Made by a program: the position numbers and the translations under genes. A stretch of 31,989 nt of DNA, from positions 1 through 31,989 of IMG/VR virus record IMGVR_UViG_3300033388_000562. One strand, given 5' to 3'. This DNA is from a virus (lineage: Duplodnaviria; Caudoviricetes). Positions within the stretch are counted from its first letter, which is position 1, and every line of letters begins with the position of its first letter. Shown one piece after another: positions 1 to 9,894 of this stretch. Under the pieces are notes generated by a model. The model ran no database searches, was not told where the DNA came from, and saw only the letters and a list, made by a program, of their open reading frames with translations.

Positions 1-3000
1 TAGTAACCGGGTTAGATCCATTAAGGGAAGCCCATCCTATCCCGTATCCTGCGTCTATTAATTCTAATGTCCAAGATGCGGTAGAGGTTACTTCAATGGT
101 CCAGTCGTCTGCTTTATTACCAACACCTCCATCCGTAGATGGTATGTTTACGTAAAAAGAAAAATCACAGGGAGGAGCAGCTGTGTCTGTGTCTGATATC
201 ACATATTGTTCCTTAAATGGATCAATAGCCCCTAGTTTTTGTGTTCTAAAATTATCCCTAAATAAGTCTTTAAAATAATCAGACATTCCCTGCTGAGATA
301 TTTCAAATATTCCATTAACACCCAACTTACATACAGCTCCACGTTTAGCATCTGCAAAATACATATCATTACCCCAATACGCAAAACTTTCAGGGTTTTC
401 AGAAATACCATATTCACCAGCATAAGTTATTTGTGTTCCTAATACCTCAGGTATCGAAGTTACATTACCGCCACCAGCAGAATCTGATAGTAAGTTTTTC
501 CCATACAACACCTTAGATACTTTATCTTCCTGAAAAACAACAACATCTGTATCTCTTGCATGTATCTTTCTGAGAGGTCCGTATTCTAGTTGTAAATCTT
601 TAAAGTTAGCTAAGGATAAATTAAACTCATTCAAATTATTTACCGTAGTGTTTTCTCTAAACACACCGCTATAAGTTAAACTAGCTTGTAATCTTTCTTG
701 ACCATAGTCGTCAATAGGAGTGCTTACCCTAGGGCTATATTTTAATTTAGTTCCATTCCAATCTCCCCTTATAGTCATTGCTTCTACCCCATTTCCAAAG
801 GTATAAGCGTTGTATTCTGCATTCTCTTCATTATTTTTAGCTGCACCTGTGGTAAGACTAGTGGTATTTAAACTTATTACCGCAGGACTTCCACCTATAG
901 CTATCGATTGGTCTTGACCTACAATATTACTAAGATGTCTGTTGTTAACCTTATCAATATCTAAAGTTTTAGTTTCGTAAAATATATCTATATCTTGTGA
1001 AGTGGATTTAGTTTCAAAAACAGGTCTTCCTCTAGATGCTTGATTGATATTAAATACTACTCTTATGTTAACTAAATCTGGATTATTAACAAGACTATCT
1101 TGAGTGTCAGCGTCTGCGTTAAAGCTAGATACCACTATCATTCTCATGGGAAGTTCTGCGGCAATATAAGTAGCCCAAGAAGGATATCCTAAAGGGGGAT
1201 TTGCAAGCGTTCCTCCGTTTTTCTGAAACATTTGATTAGTCCATCCTGTATTCTGTAGAGATAGGTTAAAATCTTGATTAAATGAACCGGCTAATGGGTT
1301 TGTTACTGTTGACCAGTTACCCCTTGTAAACGCTACTCTACATTTTCCTGATCTTTGAATTGCTCCATTAAATATGTCTGGGTGCCCATCCCAGTCTAAA
1401 AATACTCTATCTTCATACCACCATTCTTCAATATTTTTATACTTTTTAGAAGCCACAAAAGTCATTGTAGTGCTAGGAGGAGTGGCTTGAAGAAACGCAA
1501 AAGGATCTTGAACTCCTTGTAGATTAACAGTATTCCCTTGTCCGAGTGAATTACCGTTGCTAAGAACTCCTTGTGTGTAAATATCTTCTGTAATCTGTAT
1601 TTCTATAACTGCTCCAGCTTCAATAGGTCTATCTCTAAAATTAGGAGAAGTTAATGGGGTATCTAACCTCCAATTGTCATCTATAGAACCTGGCACTATT
1701 GCACATCTACTATATGTTTTAAGTGCGGAAGTTCCACCACCTGTTGCAGACTGAGCATAACCACCGCCAGCATTTTGCCACTCATTAACATCCATGCCTG
1801 CGTTAATAACAGCAAAGCCGTCCCCTGGCTTTTTGGAAGAGTGCAAATTTATAATAAAATAATCGTTTACTAGATATCCTGGACCATTAGAAAACGTAAC
1901 TCTACATATGGTGTTGTTTGGGTTTGCAGGATCAGGAATATTGTTAGGAGCACCTGGATTAAATGACATAGGTGTTATAGAGCTATAAGATACATACCCC
2001 CCTAAAGAAGACATGTAATACAGCCTGTACTCGTTATTGGGTTGAACTAATACTTTTATTCTCTTGGAGTCCAATCCAAACGTAATAGGTATGTTGCTGG
2101 ATATGGTTAGCTCATTATTAGTTGTTGATGCGCCATAAAATATTGGAAATTCCACTACCGAGACTTGGTTTCGTATAGGGTCTGCATCAGCAATTTCATT
2201 TCCTCCAATAGCATATGCCTCACTATAATTATTCCACAAACCTCTTGTATCGTAGCTTTCTGAGAAAGTTCCAGTTATTTGAAAAAAACCAGAAGGGTCA
2301 CTAATTTGCATATACAATCCTGCTATCTCATTATTTCCTAAGAAGTTTTTTTCTTTTACCTCTACATTTACAACTTTAAATTCTCTATTGGAAAGAGTGG
2401 CTATTCCATCTGTTCTTTTACATATTATATAGTCACCATCTTTAACCTTGTTTACGTCAGCTCTTTCTATTCTAAAATAAGCTTGGTCATCTATTAAGTA
2501 ATAAAAGTTTGGAAAGATTAAGTCAAAGTCGTATTCATTTTGTTTTATAAATATTCTATACTTGTCTGCAAACGCAGGAGGTCTATTATTTATAACTACT
2601 CGTAAATCATTTGCAGTAACTGATGCTGTAGGAGGAATATAAATAGTATTTGATGTGGTGATAGAGGTAGCTTGAGTAGGTATTAAAGGCGTAGTCATTC
2701 TTCCTTCTGCATCCAAATAGGATATAGCTATTTCATAATCTCTATCACTTCTAAATGTGGGCTTTGGATTAATCTCTGTAGCTCCAGTACTGTCGTTTAA
2801 TTCTACACTAAAGTCAATAGGTATTTTTTGACCATCCTCGTTAACTAAGTTTCGACCTATAATATAATTTCCATACATCAGTCTACTTCCTATAATGTCT
2901 TGGGCTTGAGCCTTTAATGGAACATTGTCAAATAACCTAGTAACTTCATCTGCGGCTAATAAGCTATATAGCTTACTGTTGTTAAAATAAACTACTTTAG

Positions 3001-3844
3001 TCGTGTTGTTTGCCCAATTACTTTCTTGCTTGTTAAATGTTTGAACTATAAACACCTGAGACGTTAACTCGTTGGTTACTACTAACTGAACATCTGTTAC
3101 CCTTTCGTCACCTGTTCCTATGGTTATATCCACTTGATTAAACTCATTTAACATAGAAACAAACTCACCATCAGAATAGTTGTAATTATAAGAGGTTGGT
3201 GAAAATGCTGTTGAAGAAAAAGGCGAAAGAGAGCTGTATTCATTGTTTTCGTACTTCCATCTATAAGCAAATCTAAAAAACTTATCTTTTATAAAATTTT
3301 CTTCATTGGTTGTTCCTGTGTCACTTAGTTCTATGACTGGACCATTTAATGGAGGTTTAACTATAACGGATATATCATCTTCAATAAAGCCATCTAATGT
3401 ATAATATTTTTTTATGTTTAATTTTCTAGGTGCATTTAAGTTGTCGGTCCAAAACAACAAATCTCCTATTAGACTAATACCTGTTACAATAAACTCACTA
3501 TTAAATTTTAAAACTCTGTTTTTAGTATCTTTTAATAAAACTGTAGAAATATTTGTGTTTGAGTTGTATTTCATCACATAGTCAAAGTCAGTGTCAGCTA
3601 CTAACCAATATATAGTTTCTCTAGCGTCATCTGCATAAGCGCCAATAGTTACTGCATTTACTGTGAAAGTATATCCTGACCCTACCTCGGTGTTTCCTAA
3701 TATGTTTTCTATTGATCCTACGCTAGATTCTTCAGATGTAGATACCCCAATGTTTTGACCATCACGATATTGACCATTTGGTACCAACCTCTCATCGAGG
3801 TCTTTATTCATTATACCTTTAGTAAAAGTATTTGTTAATTTCAT
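1..3844 (-). CDS. Large tail stabilisation/nozzle protein (tail tubular B / P22 gp10-like), >1280 aa, 3' end outside the window
   Basis: Absent from the ORF track, consistent with no stop inside the window; both ends checked by hand. ATG at 3844 overlaps the upstream TGA (ATGA). N-terminus MKLTNTFTKGIMNKDLDERLVPNGQYRDGQNIGVSTSEESSVGSIENILGN is typical of Bacteroidota podophage/crAss-like stabilisation proteins. Still in frame at position 2 (...YGIGWASLNGSNPVT). Confidence 0.8.
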   Translation of the reverse strand, partial: MKLTNTFTKGIMNKDLDERLVPNGQYRDGQNIGVSTSEESSVGSIENILGNTEVGSGYTFTVNAVTIGAYADDARETIYWLVADTDFDYVMKYNSNTNISTVLLKDTKNRVLKFNSEFIVTGISLIGDLLFWTDNLNAPRKLNIKKYYTLDGFIEDDISVIVKPPLNGPVIELSDTGTTNEENFIKDKFFRFAYRWKYENNEYSSLSPFSSTAFSPTSYNYNYSDGEFVSMLNEFNQVDITIGTGDERVTDVQLVVTNELTSQVFIVQTFNKQESNWANNTTKVVYFNNSKLYSLLAADEVTRLFDNVPLKAQAQDIIGSRLMYGNYIIGRNLVNEDGQKIPIDFSVELNDSTGATEINPKPTFRSDRDYEIAISYLDAEGRMTTPLIPTQATSITTSNTIYIPPTASVTANDLRVVINNRPPAFADKYRIFIKQNEYDFDLIFPNFYYLIDDQAYFRIERADVNKVKDGDYIICKRTDGIATLSNREFKVVNVEVKEKNFLGNNEIAGLYMQISDPSGFFQITGTFSESYDTRGLWNNYSEAYAIGGNEIADADPIRNQVSVVEFPIFYGASTTNNELTISSNIPITFGLDSKRIKVLVQPNNEYRLYYMSSLGGYVSYSSITPMSFNPGAPNNIPDPANPNNTICRVTFSNGPGYLVNDYFIINLHSSKKPGDGFAVINAGMDVNEWQNAGGGYAQSATGGGTSALKTYSRCAIVPGSIDDNWRLDTPLTSPNFRDRPIEAGAVIEIQITEDIYTQGVLSNGNSLGQGNTVNLQGVQDPFAFLQATPPSTTMTFVASKKYKNIEEWWYEDRVFLDWDGHPDIFNGAIQRSGKCRVAFTRGNWSTVTNPLAGSFNQDFNLSLQNTGWTNQMFQKNGGTLANPPLGYPSWATYIAAELPMRMIVVSSFNADADTQDSLVNNPDLVNIRVVFNINQASRGRPVFETKSTSQDIDIFYETKTLDIDKVNNRHLSNIVGQDQSIAIGGSPAVISLNTTSLTTGAAKNNEENAEYNAYTFGNGVEAMTIRGDWNGTKLKYSPRVSTPIDDYGQERLQASLTYSGVFRENTTVNNLNEFNLSLANFKDLQLEYGPLRKIHARDTDVVVFQEDKVSKVLYGKNLLSDSAGGGNVTSIPEVLGTQITYAGEYGISENPESFAYWGNDMYFADAKRGAVCKLGVNGIFEISQQGMSDYFKDLFRDNFRTQKLGAIDPFKEQYVISDTDTAAPPCDFSFYVNIPSTDGGVGNKADDWTIEVTSTASWTLELIDAGYGIGWASLNGSNPVT

Positions 3845-4764
3845 TTAATCCATTTATCTTGTCCACGTAGAGTCATAAGTAGTCTGCCTGGGTGAAGGTT
3901 GCTTAATCTTATTTTGGCGTTTCTAAGTTTATTTGCTTTTTCTCTTTGAGCTCTATTAACCACGTATTCTTGTACGTTTATTTTATTACTTAGCATAGCC
4001 CATCTAATGTAGGCATATAAATATTCTTCTGCTAATTTATTAATAACAACTTCATCGTCATTCCCTTTTTCTAAACCATCTGAAACGTATTCTAATATAA
4101 CAATAGTATTAGCCATTTCTGAACTAAAGTTTATAACCCCACCGGCTTTGTCTATTCTAAAGTTAGGGTTTTGATTAGCTAAAGATGTGTTCATTCCAAA
4201 TTTAGCTCCTATAGCAAATCCAAAGTACCACTCCCCATCACAACACCATCCCATTTTATTGTGGTAAGGGTGGCCGTAATTTAGATATAAAGTTGGTCTA
4301 GTACCTTTTATTCTTTGTAAATCTATTAAGGAGTTTTGAGGACTTATTGCGGCTCCGTTTACATCAAACAAAACTTCACAATTATTGTCTTGTAAGTAGG
4401 CTGATGAGTAGTTTGTTTGGAAATTTTCTATCAAAGGTAAAAGAACTCCGTCTTTATAAAGAGATATTCTAACATAATTAACATAGTCTGGAGGTAAAAC
4501 ATACCTTAAATCATCACAAACTTCTAACTCTAGTATTTTAATGCTTTTTAAAGCGTCATAATTTATCTCTTGTATGCCTCTCTTAGCGTGAAATAACAAC
4601 TGATACCTATTAGCATTACTAACTAATTTATCATCTCCAGCGTACATTAACTGAAAATTATTCACAATATCTTTCAAACTAATATATTGATAACTTCCCC
4701 AGTTCTTGTTAGTGGGGGCAACCCCCATGTTAGTGTAATAATTTTGATCAGTTATATATGCCAT
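3841..4764 (-). CDS. Head-tail connector/tail ring structural protein (307 aa)
   Basis: Lies between the head genes and the nozzle gene; LPPDYVNYVRISL and EEYLYAYIRW motifs resemble adaptor/tail tubular A proteins. Confidence 0.6.
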   Translation of the reverse strand: MAYITDQNYYTNMGVAPTNKNWGSYQYISLKDIVNNFQLMYAGDDKLVSNANRYQLLFHAKRGIQEINYDALKSIKILELEVCDDLRYVLPPDYVNYVRISLYKDGVLLPLIENFQTNYSSAYLQDNNCEVLFDVNGAAISPQNSLIDLQRIKGTRPTLYLNYGHPYHNKMGWCCDGEWYFGFAIGAKFGMNTSLANQNPNFRIDKAGGVINFSSEMANTIVILEYVSDGLEKGNDDEVVINKLAEEYLYAYIRWAMLSNKINVQEYVVNRAQREKANKLRNAKIRLSNLHPGRLLMTLRGQDKWIK

Positions 4765-5525
4765 TATGATTCGTTTTGTTGTTCAGTTGCTTCCTCTTGT
4801 AACTCAAATTGTACTACTTCACTTTCTCTAATACTTATACCTGCATATTGACAAATTCTTATAACTAAATCTATACTGTCTGACAACGGTAATTCGAAAT
4901 CTGAAAATGAAGCGCTGGTAGGGTCATATACTGGATCTCCATCCGCACCTATCGCATTGTAAGTCCACACTGGATCTACTGGGTACCTTACGTAATCAGT
5001 TATAATATCTGTTGCTCCTGTAATTGTAGTGGGGTATATGGTTATGGTATTAGCCACTGCTACTGGAGGAACTGGAGGAGCCGGGGCTGTTGCTGGCCCT
5101 AGAACATAAGCTGGATAAGTGGTATTAGGCGCTGTAATATTAGAGTTTACTAAATGATTAATTCTGTATTGTGCAACTCTTTCAACTTCAGTAAAAACGC
5201 CTGCTGGGTTTTCATAATTAACTTTAAGTAAGGTGTACCAATTCTCTGGTAAAGTGTAAACACTGGTGGCGCCAACCGGAGTTAGTGTCATGCTAACTAA
5301 AAAGGTGTCTAAAACTTCTTGGTATTCTCTAACTATGTCAGCGTATGCTTCACCAGACATTCGTGCATTTTCCTTAGCCTTCCATTGAGCTAATTGATAA
5401 AAGTATTGTTCAAATATTTCTAATTGTGCTTGTCTAGCAAATAAGTTAAACTCCTCTGGAGTCATATATCCGTTATTGTTTTTGTTGAGTATAGATAAGA
5501 CTGTATTTCTTACTTCGTTAATCAT
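4764..5525 (-). CDS. Head-tail adaptor/tail ring protein (253 aa)
   Basis: NKNNNGYMTPEEFNLFARQAQLEIF N-terminus, YTLPENWY, and DFELPLSDSIDLV C-terminus are typical of crAss-like ring proteins; TAATG coupling to the next gene. Confidence 0.65.
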   Translation of the reverse strand: MINEVRNTVLSILNKNNNGYMTPEEFNLFARQAQLEIFEQYFYQLAQWKAKENARMSGEAYADIVREYQEVLDTFLVSMTLTPVGATSVYTLPENWYTLLKVNYENPAGVFTEVERVAQYRINHLVNSNITAPNTTYPAYVLGPATAPAPPVPPVAVANTITIYPTTITGATDIITDYVRYPVDPVWTYNAIGADGDPVYDPTSASFSDFELPLSDSIDLVIRICQYAGISIRESEVVQFELQEEATEQQNES

Positions 5526-5541
5526 CTGGGAGTATTTCCTA

Positions 5542-5549
5542 CAAAGATA
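5542..5549 (-). promoter_or_regulatory. Bacteroidota sigma70 -7 box TATCTTTG
   Basis: Matches TAnnTTTG; intergenic, 16 nt upstream of ATG 5525. Confidence 0.75.
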
Positions 5550-5552
5550 AGC

Positions 5553-5582
5553 AAAAAAAAGAGCACCTAAAAAAGTGCTCTT
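5553..5582 (-). terminator. Intrinsic terminator
   Basis: Minus strand AAGAGCAC-ttttttag-GTGCTCTT followed by a T tract, just after the 5605..6126 gene. Confidence 0.8.
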
Positions 5583-5604
5583 ATGATTATAAGTTGTGTT
5601 AAAA

Positions 5605-6126
5605 TTAAGCTATGCTTATTCCAATAACTTTATATGGTCTAGCGTCAAATTCTGAAGCTACATTTTCCCAGTTAGTGATATAAGCAGCATCCATTGCGTC
5701 TTGAACCTTATCTCTCATAGCTTCACTTCCAGATGGAACTGGTAAATGAGTTAGAGTTATGATATCCACAGAAGATGGGGAATCAAAGATAATGGTTGTT
5801 TCGCTTGTGGTTCTTTGCTCGATTAACTTTACGTTTTCAATAGAAACTATTTGCTTGTTAAAGGCTGTTGCAGAATGAATGTAAAAAACTTCACCAGCAC
5901 TTAATGGAATAGTACCTCCATCTAAAGCTGTTAATGTTAAGTTATTGTCGTCAATTTTGCTAGCTACTAGAAAATACTTATTAGAGGACGCTGCGTGAAC
6001 AATGTCTCCTACTGCAACTGGAGCAAAAATATTTCCAGTGTCGGTTAAGTCAGCTGCCCCTACTGGGGTAACTGCTGTTCCTGATACAACATTGTCGTAC
6101 ACAGGTACATCTAGGAACTTTTCCAT
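5605..6126 (-). CDS. Putative virion accessory protein (173 aa); paralog of 6129..6410 with a ~78-aa insertion
   Basis: Aligns by eye to the neighbour: KFL.(V/I)PV, KLIEQ, TH, GSE.MRD..Q.A, W.NV, P..V.GI. Confidence 0.65.
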   Translation of the reverse strand: MEKFLDVPVYDNVVSGTAVTPVGAADLTDTGNIFAPVAVGDIVHAASSNKYFLVASKIDDNNLTLTALDGGTIPLSAGEVFYIHSATAFNKQIVSIENVKLIEQRTTSETTIIFDSPSSVDIITLTHLPVPSGSEAMRDKVQDAMDAAYITNWENVASEFDARPYKVIGISIA

Positions 6127-6128
6127 AA

Positions 6129-6410
6129 TTAAACTACTGCTATTCCGCTAACTGCTTTTGGTAAATCTTCTACTTGAAGAGATACGTTAACCCATGATTG
6201 TTGTAGGTTAGAAATTACTGCGTTTTGGATTGCGTCTCTCATTTCCTCACTACCTGCTGCTGAAGCCGCATGAGTTATGGTTGTTACTTTTCCTCCACCG
6301 TAAGTAATTACTACAGTAGTTGTAGAGCCTTGCTCTATTAGTTTGATGTCGTTGCAAGAAACGAGTTGATTTCCTTCGCTTGTTACAGGGATACTTAAAA
6401 ACTTTGTCAT
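6129..6410 (-). CDS. Putative small virion accessory protein (93 aa)
   Basis: Has its own promoter, lies downstream of the capsid gene, and is paralogous to 5605..6126. Confidence 0.65.
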   Translation of the reverse strand: MTKFLSIPVTSEGNQLVSCNDIKLIEQGSTTTVVITYGGGKVTTITHAASAAGSEEMRDAIQNAVISNLQQSWVNVSLQVEDLPKAVSGIAVV

Positions 6411-6441
6411 TGTTTAAAAAATTAAGTGGTTAATAATATCG

Positions 6442-6449
6442 CAAAGATA
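6442..6449 (-). promoter_or_regulatory. Bacteroidota -7 box TATCTTTG
   Basis: TAnnTTTG match in the intergenic gap before ATG 6410. Confidence 0.75.
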
Positions 6450-6455
6450 CCTCTT

Positions 6456-7199
6456 TTATTTAACTTTCTTCTCAAGTACATCGAGCAACTCTAAGCCTTC
6501 GTCTGTTTGAAAAAAGGAAATAAGAACTCTGGTTTTGTCCTCTCCAAAAGGAACAGTTAAAATTCTTTTTTTGTTCTTAGGTAAGTTCCAGTGAACATCT
6601 CTTTTATCCTTTTTGTAAAGTAATATGTTTTGCTCAAAAGATTTAAGAACTAAAGATTCTAGTTGTAAGTTTTCATCATCTAGTAAATCTAGGAATTCTT
6701 CTGGGTTTTGCCTAGCAAACAATAAGACATCTCTTTTTAATTCAGCAGTCTTCATAGACTCTACTTTAGCCCCCATGAAAACTCTACCTATCATTTCTAG
6801 GTGATTAATATCTAACTCAGCGGCCGCTTGAAGAGCTTCTATTTCTACATTTAAGTATTCTAAATCTTTTTCAGCATCTTTTTCTAAATCTACCTCTTCG
6901 TAAATATGTCCATTGCCTGGGTGAACTTCTAAGAATTGCTGTAATACTACGTCTGTACGTTTAGTTTGTAGAAAACCATCTTCAAATACAATAGGCTCCA
7001 TAAGAGCTTTATCATCTTGTTCATCTTCAAATATGGATTTTTGATTTTTAGCAAACCTCAGAGCCCTGTTTGTTTGGGTTTCTTCATCGAAATATAATAA
7101 AGGGTTTGATGTTGAATGAGTTGCGTTTAGCATCATCGAAATGGGTGTTTTTTCCGACTTTAATTTATACACCCTTGCTTTTGGTTGAAATTTTTTCAT
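6456..7199 (-). CDS. Phage hypothetical protein downstream of the capsid gene (247 aa; start corrected to ATG 7199)
   Basis: The track ORF extends into the capsid gene and a terminator; ATG 7199 is preceded by the A-rich leader AAATAAAATCAAATCAA. Starts MKKFQPKARVYKL. Confidence 0.75.
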   Translation of the reverse strand: MKKFQPKARVYKLKSEKTPISMMLNATHSTSNPLLYFDEETQTNRALRFAKNQKSIFEDEQDDKALMEPIVFEDGFLQTKRTDVVLQQFLEVHPGNGHIYEEVDLEKDAEKDLEYLNVEIEALQAAAELDINHLEMIGRVFMGAKVESMKTAELKRDVLLFARQNPEEFLDLLDDENLQLESLVLKSFEQNILLYKKDKRDVHWNLPKNKKRILTVPFGEDKTRVLISFFQTDEGLELLDVLEKKVK

Positions 7200-7225
7200 T
7201 TGATTTGATTTTATTTTATTTAAGT

Positions 7226-7256
7226 AAAAAAAGGGAGTGGCAAACCCACCCCCTCT
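7226..7256 (-). terminator. Intrinsic terminator after the major capsid gene
   Basis: Minus strand AGGGGGTGG-gtttg-CCACTCCCT followed by a T tract. Confidence 0.8.
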
Positions 7257-7269
7257 TAATTGTATACAA

Positions 7270-8709
7270 TTATCCTTTGAATAATACAAAGTTGTTTGCA
7301 CCCATTGTACAAAGTGCTCTTTCAGATAAGAAGTGAACTTCCATTTGGTCAGTACCGTTTGTGGATGCTCCACCTGCGCCACCTGTAATCCAAGTTTTGA
7401 ATCTTCTGTCTTCTGTTTCTGAAGCTCTATATCTTACGTGTAAGAATGGTCTTTTAGCGTTTTTACCTAAGATTTGGTCATATACACTAGTAGAACCAGC
7501 AGGTACAAGTACACCACTAACTTTACCACCGTCAATTCCACCTCTTAAGGTAGCTTGGTTTAGATATTTCCAGTCAGACTTATAAAAGTCATAACCTCTT
7601 CTAAATCCTTTAAACCCTAGGTTAAGTGCCATCTCTTCGTCATTGTCAAACAATCCGTAAGAAGTACCACCAGCACCGTAAGAGTTTTGTTTAGCTAACA
7701 TATCATCAATTGCGAAAGAGAAATTTCTATCACAGAAGATAACATTTTCTTGGATTGCTCCTTGCTTATCTAACCTTTTGATGATGCTGTCAAAGTTTGC
7801 TAAAGTAGTTGGGAAACCACCAGACCAAACATTACCTCTATCTTCAATAGCTTCGAATAAACCATCCGTACCTACGTTATTTGCTAGACCTGTTCCAACT
7901 GGGTATGCAGAACCTCCTAAGTGAGCTAATGCTCCAGAAGCGTTTTCTGCAATCACACCTTCAATCATAGCCATTTCCAAGTAATCGTCAAAACGTAGTC
8001 TTGTTTCATGCTCAGATTTAATGTACCATAAGTATCCAGCTGCACCGTTTTCAGACGTTACTTCAACCCAACCAATTTGAGCCATATCAGAACCTGATAC
8101 ATTGTATCTGTCTTTAATGATAACTGGTTTGTTTGATAAGTAGATGTCTTCTGATTCTAGAGATCCTTCCATTGGGCCTGCGCCTTTGTTGAATTCTGAA
8201 CCATAAACGAAAGCTGTAGTAGCTGTCGCTGCTGCCATACCTTGAGCTGCCTCATAGTAAGCTACTTCAAAAGCGTCAGCTGTACCAGCTACTGTAGCAG
8301 CACCTACTGCTGTTACGATTGCTTTGTTAGAGTTTGCTCCACCTTCTTCTGAAAGAAAAATAGTTTGACCTACTCTAAAGTTACACGCTGCACCACCTGC
8401 GGTGATCCATGGAATAGCTGTTCCAGCTGTTGCTCCAGCACCGTTAGTTGTTGTACACCCTTGAAATTTAGTGTGTAATCTTCCTTGCTCTGCCCATTTA
8501 ATTAAATCTGAGTTAGTTGGAAGTTCAGCTCCTACCATACGTAAGAATGCTGATATTGTTCTATTACCATATCTTTCGAATTCTTTTTCGTAAGTATCAG
8601 GTAGATACTGACTAAGGAAATCAAAAGAAGTAATATAGTTGCTCGGTAAAGTTGCCTTTACTGAACTGGGAGTTAAAGCAACTCCACCGGCTAATAATGC
8701 TCCTGCCAT
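7270..8709 (-). CDS. Major capsid protein (479 aa)
   Basis: Follows portal and scaffold, ends at a strong terminator; QYLPDTYEKEFERYGNRTI, IKWAEQGRLH, GFRRGYDFYKSDWKYLN and VHFLSERALC motifs recalled from flavobacterial podophage capsid proteins. Confidence 0.85.
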   Translation of the reverse strand: MAGALLAGGVALTPSSVKATLPSNYITSFDFLSQYLPDTYEKEFERYGNRTISAFLRMVGAELPTNSDLIKWAEQGRLHTKFQGCTTTNGAGATAGTAIPWITAGGAACNFRVGQTIFLSEEGGANSNKAIVTAVGAATVAGTADAFEVAYYEAAQGMAAATATTAFVYGSEFNKGAGPMEGSLESEDIYLSNKPVIIKDRYNVSGSDMAQIGWVEVTSENGAAGYLWYIKSEHETRLRFDDYLEMAMIEGVIAENASGALAHLGGSAYPVGTGLANNVGTDGLFEAIEDRGNVWSGGFPTTLANFDSIIKRLDKQGAIQENVIFCDRNFSFAIDDMLAKQNSYGAGGTSYGLFDNDEEMALNLGFKGFRRGYDFYKSDWKYLNQATLRGGIDGGKVSGVLVPAGSTSVYDQILGKNAKRPFLHVRYRASETEDRRFKTWITGGAGGASTNGTDQMEVHFLSERALCTMGANNFVLFKG

Positions 8710-8728
8710 TTTTTCTAATTTTTAGTTG

Positions 8729-9856
8729 TTATTTTTTATTACTTTTTATTCTTAAACCTGAAGAACTAGGTTGACTAACTGAAGTAACTTTAAAACCACC
8801 ACTTGATATACTTTGGGTTGCATTTCTAATGCCTGACATATCCACGTTTTTACTTTCTTTAGTTATGTCGCCAACCGCATCCGCTTTGCCTTGCTCGTAA
8901 AAATACTTAGCAACTGCATCTGGATTCATAGCTAACGATAAAGACTTATGGTATGCACTAGCATCTTTAATATATCCTTTTTCATCTAAGTGTTTAGTTA
9001 TAAAGTTATTTAAGTCAGATTGAGACTCTTTCAGTTTAGATGTTTCCGTTGGCTTATACTTAAAAACTTTGTCGCTAACTTTAAATTCGAAACCTTCGAA
9101 ATCCTTATTAAACAACTCATCTGTTTTTTTAGCAAAGTAATCCGACTTTTTCATCTGAGACTTCTGGGCCGTATCCTGCTCTTCTTTATATTTCTTGTAA
9201 GCACTAAAGTCCTCTAACTGATCGGCAGGTATAAAATCTGTTGACTCAACTTTTGTTTTATAGGTTTCCTTTAAATTGTTAAAGTAATCTTTTGCTTTCG
9301 CAAGCTCTTCTTTCTTAGCTATTTTTTGTTTTCTTATAGAAGACTCTTCATCATCCTCATCGTAAGCAAACTTTTCGCTAAGTTCAAAATCAATATCATC
9401 AGAATCTAAATGAGGTTTTTCATTTTTCCAGTACTCAAAAAGTAACTGGTCCTCATCCATAGAATCTACATCTCTATTTAATTTTACAAAATCTTCAAAT
9501 CCCCTTCCAGTTTCCTTTTTATATGCCATGTATTTAGCGATATCTTCAGGTAGTGGTTCGGATTCTTTTCTTCGGTTAATAAGGTCATCTAAAGATGTAA
9601 CCTCTTCACCATATCTGTTTCCAATAAATGAAAGAACTTCTTCTTCACTTAATTTAATGGGCTCAGGATCATTTAAGGGAGCTTCAACTTGCTCTTCAGT
9701 TGTGTTTGTGGTTACTTCCACATTTCCCTCAGCTGATACTACAGCCTCTTCTTTTACACTTTCTTGAGGCTCTTCTGTTTTAGCTAACAGAGTAGACTCT
9801 ATTTCTGCGGTGGACTTTTCTTCAGATCCACTCACTTCTCTTACTTTAATTTCCAT
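8729..9856 (-). CDS. Capsid scaffolding protein (375 aa)
   Basis: Very acidic and helical, between portal and capsid; AKYFYEQGKADAV C-terminal motif. Confidence 0.7.
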   Translation of the reverse strand: MEIKVREVSGSEEKSTAEIESTLLAKTEEPQESVKEEAVVSAEGNVEVTTNTTEEQVEAPLNDPEPIKLSEEEVLSFIGNRYGEEVTSLDDLINRRKESEPLPEDIAKYMAYKKETGRGFEDFVKLNRDVDSMDEDQLLFEYWKNEKPHLDSDDIDFELSEKFAYDEDDEESSIRKQKIAKKEELAKAKDYFNNLKETYKTKVESTDFIPADQLEDFSAYKKYKEEQDTAQKSQMKKSDYFAKKTDELFNKDFEGFEFKVSDKVFKYKPTETSKLKESQSDLNNFITKHLDEKGYIKDASAYHKSLSLAMNPDAVAKYFYEQGKADAVGDITKESKNVDMSGIRNATQSISSGGFKVTSVSQPSSSGLRIKSNKK

Positions 9857-9876
9857 TTGATTTTATTTTAGTTTTA

Positions 9877-9884
9877 CAAAGTTA
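9877..9884 (-). promoter_or_regulatory. Bacteroidota -7 box TAACTTTG (scaffold-capsid operon)
   Basis: TAnnTTTG match 20 nt before ATG 9856. Confidence 0.75.
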
Positions 9885-9894
9885 CAAAAAGTTT

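Noticed and set aside
232-423. 63-aa minus-strand ORF in the track
   Set aside because: Out-of-frame shadow inside the >1280-aa tail gene.
7200-7382. N-terminal extension of the 308-aa ORF, or a capsid frameshift product
   Set aside because: It crosses a strong terminator and ATG 7199 has a good leader; no clear slippery site was seen.
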